From contig JAFGUF010000045.1 in the NCBI GenBank assembly GCA_016938675.1, positions 14,450 to 78,449 of the forward strand: DNA of 64,000 bases, given 5' to 3'. This document shows, in pieces, positions 53,551 through 62,260 of this stretch. Under the pieces are notes generated by a model. The model did not search any database. It was not told where the DNA came from and saw only the letters and a program-made list of their open reading frames with translations. Both the position numbers and the translations under genes were made by a program. Within the stretch, counting starts at the first letter, position 1; each line of letters starts with the position of its first letter. The stretch comes from Clostridia bacterium. Lineage in GTDB: Bacteria; Bacillota; Clostridia; Christensenellales; UMGS416.

Positions 53551-54381
53551 TTATTTCTTCTCCGGCTGGCATATCGGGCAATAGTAAACACTTCCACCCA
53601 TATATGCCTTTTTAATTATCTCACCGCCGCAGTGAGGGCATGGGCTGTCTATTGTTTTTTTAGACATTAAGGTTCTATATCCGCCTTCATTCCCGAAAAT
53701 GTCCTTTTCCGTGTCTCTGCCGCCTTTTTGTGACATCTCCTTAAGCGTCGCCTTAACTTTCTCAAACAATAGTTTTATTTCCGGTTCGTCGAGAGCGCTC
53801 ATCTTTGTCATTGGGCTTATTCCTGAATTGAATAGTATATCCTGCAGCACGCCGTTGCCTAGCCCAGGTATCCTCTGCTCCGTCGCCAGAAAAGCCTTAG
53901 CGCTCAGCTTAGTGCCGGAGTTTTCTATTAGCTTCATAAAATACTCATAGTCAAATTTATCAGACAACGGTGAAGTTTTTGTTTTTGAACCGATGTAGTA
54001 GTCGTTGTCATACTCACCGGCTTTGAAGGCAGCCATCCCTCCATACATCTGCACCCCGCAGATAAGCATGGATGCATCATCGAACTCTATAAAAAGCTGA
54101 TGCTTTAAGGGTAGTTCTTCATTCGGCTGATAGTACCTTATGTTTAGTCCGTCGCTGAATACCATTGACGCACCCTCAGCATTCACTTCAACCATTCCTC
54201 CGTAGTTTGTGCTGCCGGTTATTTCCCTGCCCTTCAGCAGGCCATTATACTCCTCAGGGTTTCCATTGAACCAGACAAATTTATGCGGAGATGCATTTGC
54301 TATCACATTTATAATCTTTTTGCCTTTTATTGTTTCGTTCAGTTGATTCGCTATATTATAGCTTTCGGGTATTTCCAGCAT
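53551..54381 (-). CDS. Fpg/Nei-family (H2TH + zinc-finger) protein lacking the catalytic N-terminal proline
   Basis: The N-terminus is MLEIPES, versus the canonical MPELPEV. The H2TH block reads KAFLATEQRIPGLGNGVLQDILFNSGISP. The C-terminal zinc finger reads CPHCGGEI...YYCPICQ. Confidence 0.8.
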   Translation of the reverse strand: MLEIPESYNIANQLNETIKGKKIINVIANASPHKFVWFNGNPEEYNGLLKGREITGSTNYGGMVEVNAEGASMVFSDGLNIRYYQPNEELPLKHQLFIEFDDASMLICGVQMYGGMAAFKAGEYDNDYYIGSKTKTSPLSDKFDYEYFMKLIENSGTKLSAKAFLATEQRIPGLGNGVLQDILFNSGISPMTKMSALDEPEIKLLFEKVKATLKEMSQKGGRDTEKDIFGNEGGYRTLMSKKTIDSPCPHCGGEIIKKAYMGGSVYYCPICQPEKK

Positions 54382-54395
54382 ATCATTCTCCTCTT

Positions 54396-55610
54396 TTAAT
54401 AGTCAAATGGGTCCTTCCGTATGTTGTAGTAGCGTTCAGGTTCTGCATTTTCTTTCAATATGCAGTATTCGCCCTCAATAATAATATCAGCCTCTCTTGC
54501 TCGTTTTACTTTCTTTACTGCAGTTTCCGATCCGAATTTTAAAATGCCATGCGCCAGCTCAACCTTTGCTTCATCGCTGCTGCTATTGAATATTTGCCTA
54601 ATTGTTTCGAAAGTAACCAGCTCCTCGTTTTTTGCTAACATTTCGAAATCCTTATCTGTACCATTCACAATTTCGTTCCATTTTATGTTTTGAATTTTTG
54701 TTAATTCATCCGCTGCAATCTTTCTGATCTCAGGGTTATCATCGCCGAGAAAAAGAATCAACTGATCCCCTCCGGCCTTTGTGTCAATTTCCGTCAGCGC
54801 AAGCGCCAAGAATAATTTTCTGTAATAAACATTTTCTGAATACTCAATTAAATAATATCTGCGCTTTTTTATCCACTTTTTCATCTGCTCCTTGGAAATA
54901 GCTTTCAATCCAAAAAAATCATCATACTCGCCTCGCACAACCTTTGAGTACGAACTGTCACCCAGCTTGCCTATAGCCGCTGCCACATGCACTCTCATGT
55001 ATTTATCTGATATCAAATACGGCTCAAGATATCCAATCGCTTTCTTATTGTTTTTCCTTACAAGTGCGTCAACGATACAATACTCAAAAACATCGTGATC
55101 CAGCGCTTCAATAAGCTTATTAAACCCTGCCGCGTCAGCAATAGGTGCAAGTCCCTTTGCTGCCTTTTTGTATAGCTTTCCGTCCGATGCTATCATTATA
55201 TTTATCAGCTCCTCCGCTGCCCTCTGCCCGCCTATTTTGCCCATCGCCTCCGCAATATACTCCCGGCTTGAATAATGAAAAAAATTATCTGAATAATATA
55301 TTTCTACAAGACAGTCCAAAGCTTGCTGTCCTCCTATTTTGCCAATTGCCTCAATGGACTCCATGGAATATTCACTCTTGAGCGATGCAATATCCTTCAG
55401 AATATCGAGATTATCTTCGCTGCCAATTTCTCCAAGAGCTTTAGACACAATATCAATTACAGAGAAATACTTCACACTTTTTTCATACAGAAGATAGTCT
55501 CTTAATATATTACTCAATAGTTCAGTATTGCCTTGTTCTTTTATCGACTTTATCTCAGTGAAAATATCGCCTATTGGCATATCCTTGTATCTGCTGAATA
55601 GATTATCCAT
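54396..55610 (-). CDS. HEAT-repeat (PBS-lyase type) protein, unknown function
   Basis: The RBS aggag precedes the ATG at 55610. It has repeated AxGxIG..A...L units (ALGEIGSEDNLDILKDI, AIGKIGGQQALDCLVEIY, AMGKIGGQRAAEELINI, AIGKLGDSS). It lies 14 nt upstream of the Fpg-like gene. Confidence 0.7.
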   Translation of the reverse strand: MDNLFSRYKDMPIGDIFTEIKSIKEQGNTELLSNILRDYLLYEKSVKYFSVIDIVSKALGEIGSEDNLDILKDIASLKSEYSMESIEAIGKIGGQQALDCLVEIYYSDNFFHYSSREYIAEAMGKIGGQRAAEELINIMIASDGKLYKKAAKGLAPIADAAGFNKLIEALDHDVFEYCIVDALVRKNNKKAIGYLEPYLISDKYMRVHVAAAIGKLGDSSYSKVVRGEYDDFFGLKAISKEQMKKWIKKRRYYLIEYSENVYYRKLFLALALTEIDTKAGGDQLILFLGDDNPEIRKIAADELTKIQNIKWNEIVNGTDKDFEMLAKNEELVTFETIRQIFNSSSDEAKVELAHGILKFGSETAVKKVKRAREADIIIEGEYCILKENAEPERYYNIRKDPFDY

Positions 55611-55730
55611 TATTTCTCCTATATTACGTTCATTTACACTATTTATTATATAATAATAAAGCCGCAATAAAAAGGCTAAAATGCTTCATAATATTGCAGC
55701 TTACTGTTTTTATTTAAATTTATTTCTAGA

Positions 55731-57443
55731 TTAATGGATGCCTAATTCATCGTTTATAAGTTTTATTACCTGCTCCTGCGATTCTGTATACAGAGCTTTG
55801 TGTGCAGACTTTTTCATATCTTCATAGTTTAGGTTTGAAAGGGCTTCCCTAACTTTCAAAATAGATGATGCATTCATACTGAATTCATCCAGGCCAAGGC
55901 CTAAAAGCAAAGGAACTGCTTTGGGGTCCGCTGCCATCTCTCCGCATAACCCTGCCCACTTACCCTCTTTATGAGCAGCCTCAATAACCAGCGAGATCAG
56001 CCTGAGAAGCGAAGGGTTGCATGGCTGGTACAGATATGATACATCTTGATTCATCCTGTCAGCGGCAAAGGTATACTGTATCAGGTCATTTGAGCCGATC
56101 GAGAAGAAATCAACCTCCTTTGCGAATACATCAGCCAGCATTGCAGATGACGGTATCTCGACCATCATACCAACTTTATATGTTTCACTTATCTCAGTGC
56201 CCTCTTCTTTGAGATGCACCTCAATTTCCTTTATCATTCTTTTCGCGTCTCTAAGCTCGTCAATGGTCGCAACCATAGGGAACATAATGTGCAGATTGCC
56301 ATAGACTCCTGCCCTAAGAAGCGCTCTTAGCTGAGTTGTAAAAATGTCTTTATGCTTCAGGCAAAACCTTAAAGCACGGTTTCCCAAAAACGGGTTCATC
56401 TCGTCATCTAAGCGCAAGTAGTCCAACTTCTTATCGCCGCCTATGTCCAGCGTCCTGATAACAACAGGTCTTTCTCCCATCACTTCCAGCACATCTTTAT
56501 ACGCCTCAAACTGCTCTTGCTCGCTCGGCAGGGAGTTCCTATTCATATAGAGAAACTCCGTCCTAAATAGGCCTATTCCCTCCGCGCCGCTCTTTATTGC
56601 AATCTCAGCTTCCTCAGCACTTCCTATATTCGCGCTTATCTCAAGATGCCTTCCGTCTTTTGTTATGGTTTTTTTATTTCGGTACTCTTCAAGTGCAGAA
56701 CTACGTGTTTTATATTCTTCAATTTTTGCTCTATATTCTGCTTTTACTGATTCAGGGGGGTCTACAATAACATCACCTGAAAACCCATCCAGCACCATCA
56801 AATCGCCGTCATTTACGTTTTCATAGGCGCTCTTTGTTCCGACAACTGCCGGTATCCCAAAGGATCTGGCCATTATTGCGGTGTGGCAGGTGTACCCTCC
56901 TGCATCAGTTACAAACCCTTTAACCAGCTTTTTGTCTATCTGTGCTGTATCAGAGGGCAATAAATCTTTAGACACTATAATAACTTCTTCTTTTATGGAT
57001 GATAGAGAAACAGGCTTAATACCTTCAATATGCATTATTACCCTGCTTTTTATGTCCTTTAAATCCGCTGCTCGCTCCCTGAAATACTCATTGTCCATGG
57101 ATTCAAAAGCGGCGGCGAACTTATCGCAGGCCTCAGAAAAAGCATAAGCTGCATTTGCATTATCGCTCTTTATCTTTTCTCCTGCAGCGCCTTTCAGCCC
57201 AGGGTCATCAAGTATTTCTATATGAGCATCAAATATATCTGCCGCTTCGCTATCGCCTGCTTCTTCCATCGCGTCACGTATGCCACTCAGCTCTTCTATG
57301 CTCTTTTCTATGCTTAAACCCAACAGCAAAATTTCCTTTTCTATATCCTGAACAGGAGTTTTGATTATATCCAACTCCGGTTTGTTATATTTGAATACTT
57401 TGCCGATAGCTATGCCTTCGCTTGCACCAATTCCTTTTATCAT
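55731..57443 (-). CDS. ptsI: PTS enzyme I (phosphoenolpyruvate-protein phosphotransferase)
   Basis: GGYTCHTAIMARS is the phospho-His region. LFRTEFLY and SIGSNDLIQY are also present. Confidence 0.95.
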   Translation of the reverse strand: MIKGIGASEGIAIGKVFKYNKPELDIIKTPVQDIEKEILLLGLSIEKSIEELSGIRDAMEEAGDSEAADIFDAHIEILDDPGLKGAAGEKIKSDNANAAYAFSEACDKFAAAFESMDNEYFRERAADLKDIKSRVIMHIEGIKPVSLSSIKEEVIIVSKDLLPSDTAQIDKKLVKGFVTDAGGYTCHTAIMARSFGIPAVVGTKSAYENVNDGDLMVLDGFSGDVIVDPPESVKAEYRAKIEEYKTRSSALEEYRNKKTITKDGRHLEISANIGSAEEAEIAIKSGAEGIGLFRTEFLYMNRNSLPSEQEQFEAYKDVLEVMGERPVVIRTLDIGGDKKLDYLRLDDEMNPFLGNRALRFCLKHKDIFTTQLRALLRAGVYGNLHIMFPMVATIDELRDAKRMIKEIEVHLKEEGTEISETYKVGMMVEIPSSAMLADVFAKEVDFFSIGSNDLIQYTFAADRMNQDVSYLYQPCNPSLLRLISLVIEAAHKEGKWAGLCGEMAADPKAVPLLLGLGLDEFSMNASSILKVREALSNLNYEDMKKSAHKALYTESQEQVIKLINDELGIH

Positions 57444-57455
57444 CTTTTATTGTCC

Positions 57456-57719
57456 TTATTGTTCAATGTCTGTTTCTACTACCTTGCGCAGGGCATCCAG
57501 CGCCTGGCGCTCATCCCTGCCATCGGCCATCACTTCTATTCTGGCTCCCTGCTCCGCACCAAGTGTAAGAATCTCCAGAATCGATTTTCCGTTAGCTTCC
57601 TTATCATTCAGTTTCACCGTTATTGTGCTCTGATACTTTTTAGCCTCTTTTACAAACATAGATGCAGGCCTTGCGTGCAGCCCTACCTTGTTTCTTACAA
57701 TAATACTTGATCTGGTCAT
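57456..57719 (-). CDS. ptsH: Phosphocarrier protein HPr
   Basis: GLHARPAS is the His15 site and GKSILEILTLG the Ser46-type region. The product is 87 aa. Confidence 0.95.
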   Translation of the reverse strand: MTRSSIIVRNKVGLHARPASMFVKEAKKYQSTITVKLNDKEANGKSILEILTLGAEQGARIEVMADGRDERQALDALRKVVETDIEQ

Positions 57720-57730
57720 ATTTCCTCCAA

Positions 57731-60418
57731 TTATTTACTCATTATGATTTTGTATGTCTGCGCTGTACTACCCTTTATTCCGCTTACCCTAAAAACACCT
57801 TCATTATGTTCTATCTCTCTAGTGTTCCTCTCCAAAAAATCACACTCGTAAACCTTTTCTATCTGCCCTTTTAAATAAATATCTACCAAATCCACAGTTT
57901 CTGATGACGGATTATATACTCTTAGAATTATTGCATCTTCTTTTTCTGCTTTCTTAAGAGCCGAAATCAGTATCTTATCATTATCTATTTTGATAAACTC
58001 AAATCCAGCATTATCTATACTGCCCAGTCTATCCTGTACGCTGTCTTGCAGCCTCTCATAGTCAAAAAGATTCATCATCGGTCCATACTTTTTGGCTATT
58101 GCTGTCAGCTTAATTTCGTTCTGCACCGCCGACGCCTCTGCGTCATATGCCGCGGCATGCTTCGCCGCTTGTGATTTGTCTGTGTCCCCCAAATGCGCCA
58201 AAACGCTGTACTCCAATGTTGTTTCACCTATGCACTGCGCGTCCGGCGTAGGCGTATACACTCCCGAAGGCCTGCCTGGCCTTATTGATAAATCCGGCTT
58301 CCCTAAATAGCCCACACCCCTAAGCAGCGTAACTGCTATCTCTTTTGATTCCCCATTGTATATTTCATACTCTGTCAGGCCTCTGTTTAAAACTGCTAAT
58401 CCGTAGCTGCCATTGTTTACATCTACAAACCTTTGGCATGAATAAATAGGCAATGGTTTTTCCTTAAGTTTCTTTTCCATCCAGTCAGCAGCTTCTTTTA
58501 TTTCGTCGTTTCTTCTTATCGTTCCGAATTGGGTCTCTGCATATGAAAAGCTGCTCTCAATACCCACCGGGAACAAAGCCCGTACTCTATGGTCTTTTAC
58601 ATCGCTTTTTATCTTCGTCCTTATGTCTATTCGTTTCAGACTTTGATAAAGGGTTATCTCAGTCTCCACTTCCATGGGTTTCATCTTGTCACTTCTTGCT
58701 CTTCCGTCCTCGGAAAGACTCTCAGGCACCATCATTTCATATTTAATCAGAGCTGTCGCTTTTTTTGCTGATTTTTTGATTTCCACGGAGCTTTCTTTTA
58801 CATTTCTGCTGGTTATCACATTGTCCTTGTCAGGCGGACAGTAGTTGTATGTGTCCCCCGCATCGCCACAGTCTTCTATTGTGTTAAGACCGATATATTC
58901 TATGCCGCTCTCTTTATCCAGCAAATCAAACGTTCCGTTATTATTAATTTTCAATACCGAATAATCATTTTCCAATATATTTGAATCCTGCTCCACATAG
59001 CAGGTTTTGCCTTTCGGCACTTTACCCTCATTTATCCTAAGCCGCCTGTACCCGTAGTTAAAGCTAAAATCCAGTTCGAAAAATATATCAACTTTGTTCA
59101 CTATACATGGTGTATCCAAATATAGAGACCAAATGCTAAATGCCGCAGCATCCACTTTTTCACTCGTTTCTATTACATAGTCGATTTCGTTTCCATTTTC
59201 ATCTGTCAGCGAGAAACTATCACTATCACAAAACACCGTCGCATGTACAGCCTGTGTCCCTGTTGTCATAGAATCATTAAAAACCGCCAATACAGAATCT
59301 TTCCCTGCAATGGCTGATGCTATCGCCCTAGCATGCATCTTCTTCAATGTCGTTGCCATATTGTCAATATCTTCGAATCGCTGTCCAATCTCTCTGTGCA
59401 CCTCATCTGTGCAGCATCCGCATATGCTGTCATGTGCCTGGTTTTTAAATAATTCTTTCCATGCACTGTCTAATATACTATCAGGATAATCCGCACCCAT
59501 TACCCATGCCATAGTGCAAAGCGGTTCAGTTCCCTTCTCAAGCAGCGACTGCATTCTCCTGTTTTTAGTCTTCTGGTACATTCTCGTGGACGCAATGCTT
59601 GTATGAACTCTATTGGTAACAGGAGATATCATTTCTCCATCTACTTCTACAAGATTTGCCTTATCTTCACTCGCCGCTTCAATATAGCCTTCCAGCGTAG
59701 AATGCAGATATTTGCTCTTGCTTTTACTTCCGATATATTGGGCTATCTGCGGCTGTGGGAACTGGTGATCCACTCCGTTCATTACCAGTACATTGTCTTT
59801 GTTTCCGGCTTTTTTAATGTCGTGGATTATCTTTTTCATCCGCACATCAATTGCTACATTTCCTGCAGGTAAAAACATCCCGTTTGAGTATCCTTCCGGC
59901 AATGCGACAGAGAAAACTTCGTCGCCGTTTAGGCCTCGCCATATAAACTCTGTGCGCTTTAGCTTATCTGCGGGTACTCCGCGCATCATGCACGCTGATT
60001 TTATGCCGCAGCCATTTAGTATATGCGGCATCTGGCAGCTTTGCCCAAAAGAATCCGGCAGGTAGCCTACATTCATATATTCACCATACTCTAATGCCAT
60101 ATTCGTACCTTTAAGCAGATTCCTTATCAGTGCTTCACCATCAGGGGCAAACTCATCCGGCTGGGAATACCACGGGCCGATAATGAGCCTGCCCTGCATA
60201 ACATATTCTTTAATCTTTTCTTTGTTTTCAGGTTTCATGTTCAGATAGTCTTCAATCATTACCATCTGGCCATCAAGCATAAAGTATTTATAATCCTCAT
60301 TTTCTTCTATAGCGCTAAAGAGCTTATCAAAAAAATATGATAACCTTACCTTGAAATATTGAAATGGCCTGTACCACTCTCTGTCCCAGTGAGTATGCGA
60401 AACTATATGAACTTTCAT
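57731..60418 (-). CDS. GH38 alpha-mannosidase (MngB-like)
   Basis: It has the N-terminal HIVSHTHWDREWY metal-site motif. The product is 895 aa and cytoplasmic. Confidence 0.9.
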   Translation of the reverse strand: MKVHIVSHTHWDREWYRPFQYFKVRLSYFFDKLFSAIEENEDYKYFMLDGQMVMIEDYLNMKPENKEKIKEYVMQGRLIIGPWYSQPDEFAPDGEALIRNLLKGTNMALEYGEYMNVGYLPDSFGQSCQMPHILNGCGIKSACMMRGVPADKLKRTEFIWRGLNGDEVFSVALPEGYSNGMFLPAGNVAIDVRMKKIIHDIKKAGNKDNVLVMNGVDHQFPQPQIAQYIGSKSKSKYLHSTLEGYIEAASEDKANLVEVDGEMISPVTNRVHTSIASTRMYQKTKNRRMQSLLEKGTEPLCTMAWVMGADYPDSILDSAWKELFKNQAHDSICGCCTDEVHREIGQRFEDIDNMATTLKKMHARAIASAIAGKDSVLAVFNDSMTTGTQAVHATVFCDSDSFSLTDENGNEIDYVIETSEKVDAAAFSIWSLYLDTPCIVNKVDIFFELDFSFNYGYRRLRINEGKVPKGKTCYVEQDSNILENDYSVLKINNNGTFDLLDKESGIEYIGLNTIEDCGDAGDTYNYCPPDKDNVITSRNVKESSVEIKKSAKKATALIKYEMMVPESLSEDGRARSDKMKPMEVETEITLYQSLKRIDIRTKIKSDVKDHRVRALFPVGIESSFSYAETQFGTIRRNDEIKEAADWMEKKLKEKPLPIYSCQRFVDVNNGSYGLAVLNRGLTEYEIYNGESKEIAVTLLRGVGYLGKPDLSIRPGRPSGVYTPTPDAQCIGETTLEYSVLAHLGDTDKSQAAKHAAAYDAEASAVQNEIKLTAIAKKYGPMMNLFDYERLQDSVQDRLGSIDNAGFEFIKIDNDKILISALKKAEKEDAIILRVYNPSSETVDLVDIYLKGQIEKVYECDFLERNTREIEHNEGVFRVSGIKGSTAQTYKIIMSK

Positions 60419-60436
60419 TCTGATTTCTCCGTCTTT

Positions 60437-61474
60437 TTATTCTTCTGTAGGCTCTTCTTTTTTCTTCATTATTATAAGGAGTGCAACAGTGATAGCTACC
60501 CCTACTACGTGGCAAAGCACATAAAGCAAGCCGTTTGTAACTGTCTGTGATCCAATGAAGAGCCCCATAAGCGACGGGAACACTGCCGTATTAAATACTC
60601 CAAGCAATGCTGCCAAGGATGCACCTGCAGCGCTGCCTATCATGTAAGCAGGTATTACCCTGAGCGGGTGAACAACTGCCAGCGGAATAGCACCCTCTGT
60701 GAAGCCGAATATACTCATAAACAGAGCTGTCTTGCCGGCTATTCTTTCTTCTTCGTCGTATTTTTTCTTAGCGATAATTGTTGCGAGGCCTGCCGAAAGC
60801 ACCGGAATAGTAATAGCAATTAGTACCGGAGCTACAACATAGTTAAGCCCTTGCTCAAATGCAGCCAAAGCGAAAGTATACGCCACTTTGTTTACTGGGC
60901 CGCCCATGTCGAAAGCTATCATTGCGCCCAAAATAGCAGCTAAAAGCACAGCGTTGCCCGTGCTCATTGCACCTAGCCAGTCGTTTACGGCTGCAAGTGC
61001 CGCAGTTACCGGTGCTGCAATGAGGAAATATACCAATGCGCCTACTGCCAAGGTCGATACAATCGGAACAACTAAAAATCCTGTGATAACGTCATTTGCC
61101 TGTCCCTGCTTAAACTTTGACGCAACAGCAACCAATGCCTTAACTGCATAGCCCACCAGCAGACCTACGATAAGACCGCCGATAAAGCCCATGCCCAGGT
61201 TTTCCGATAGCAGTCCGACAACAAATGCCGGGGCAAGAGCCAGCTTGCCAACTATCGAGAACGCAATGTAGGCCGCCAAAACGGGGCCAATCAGTGTTTT
61301 TGCCAGTTCGCTTATGTTCGCGCACAGCTCCCCAACCGCACCAGGAATCTGCCCAAGCACCATAAAGAATGCATAAATAATAATTACTGGCAGCATGAAC
61401 GAAACGCCGCTCATCAGGTGCTTTCTTATGTCTCCAAAGAATCCTTCTTTCTTGCTCATAATGTTCTCCTTCAT
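60437..61474 (-). CDS. PTS EIIC component, fructose (Fru) family
   Basis: Polytopic. FDMGGPVNKVAYTFA is the Fru-family EIIC signature. Confidence 0.9.
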   Translation of the reverse strand: MKENIMSKKEGFFGDIRKHLMSGVSFMLPVIIIYAFFMVLGQIPGAVGELCANISELAKTLIGPVLAAYIAFSIVGKLALAPAFVVGLLSENLGMGFIGGLIVGLLVGYAVKALVAVASKFKQGQANDVITGFLVVPIVSTLAVGALVYFLIAAPVTAALAAVNDWLGAMSTGNAVLLAAILGAMIAFDMGGPVNKVAYTFALAAFEQGLNYVVAPVLIAITIPVLSAGLATIIAKKKYDEEERIAGKTALFMSIFGFTEGAIPLAVVHPLRVIPAYMIGSAAGASLAALLGVFNTAVFPSLMGLFIGSQTVTNGLLYVLCHVVGVAITVALLIIMKKKEEPTEE

Positions 61475-61476
61475 TT

Positions 61477-61785
61477 TTATTTAATTGAAGCTAATGCTTC
61501 ATTAATGATCTTTTCAGCTTTGCGTATTGCTATGCTCGTTCCGGTTTCGTATTTTGGAACATTTGCAAATCTTTCTGCTTCCAGAGGGGCAACGTCAGCA
61601 GCCAGAATCATAACATCAGCGTTGTCAGCCTCTTCCTTGCTTATTTTGTCGCGTATGCCCATAGACCCCTGTGTTTCCACCTTTATCTCATGCCCCAGCT
61701 TCTTTGCAGCCTTTTTAAGCGCCGCTGCAGCCATATATGTATGCGCCATTCCAACGGGGCAAGAAGTCAGAGCTATTATCTTCAT
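61477..61785 (-). CDS. PTS EIIB component, fructose family
   Basis: MKIIALTSCPVGMAHTYMAA contains the active-site Cys. The product is 102 aa. Confidence 0.9.
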   Translation of the reverse strand: MKIIALTSCPVGMAHTYMAAAALKKAAKKLGHEIKVETQGSMGIRDKISKEEADNADVMILAADVAPLEAERFANVPKYETGTSIAIRKAEKIINEALASIK

Positions 61786-61786
61786 G

Positions 61787-62245
61787 TTATCCTCCTACAA
61801 GTTTATTCATTCGCTTTAGCAGCTTGTTGGTGTTTATTGTTTTGTAAAGCATATCCCTAAATTTATCGTCAATTAGGAGTTCAGCGATTTTCGAAATCAG
61901 TTCTAGGTGCTCCACACCCTCCTCTGTCGGCGAAACCGCAAGCATGAAAATGATTTTTACAGGCTCACCATAGTCTTCCCACTCGATTTCATTAGTAAGC
62001 CTGGCTAAAGCAACGGAAGATTTCTTTATGGCTTTGGACTGGCTGTGCGGAATAGCTACGCCCATATCCATATTTGTAGTCTCCAATTCTTCCCTTTTGT
62101 ATACATCAGCAATAAATTCATCAACTGATTCTATCCTGCCTTCTTTTTTAAGCATATCAGCCATTGCCTCTATTGCTTCCCTCTTGTTTTGTACATTCAA
62201 TCTTAAATCAACTATATTTCTGTTTATCAGTTGTGTAAGGTTCAT
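61787..62245 (-). CDS. PTS EIIA component (Fru/Mtl/Ntr type)
   Basis: 152 aa. GVAIPHSQS contains the phospho-His. Confidence 0.85.
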   Translation of the reverse strand: MNLTQLINRNIVDLRLNVQNKREAIEAMADMLKKEGRIESVDEFIADVYKREELETTNMDMGVAIPHSQSKAIKKSSVALARLTNEIEWEDYGEPVKIIFMLAVSPTEEGVEHLELISKIAELLIDDKFRDMLYKTINTNKLLKRMNKLVGG

Positions 62246-62260
62246 TTTTGCCGTCGCCTC

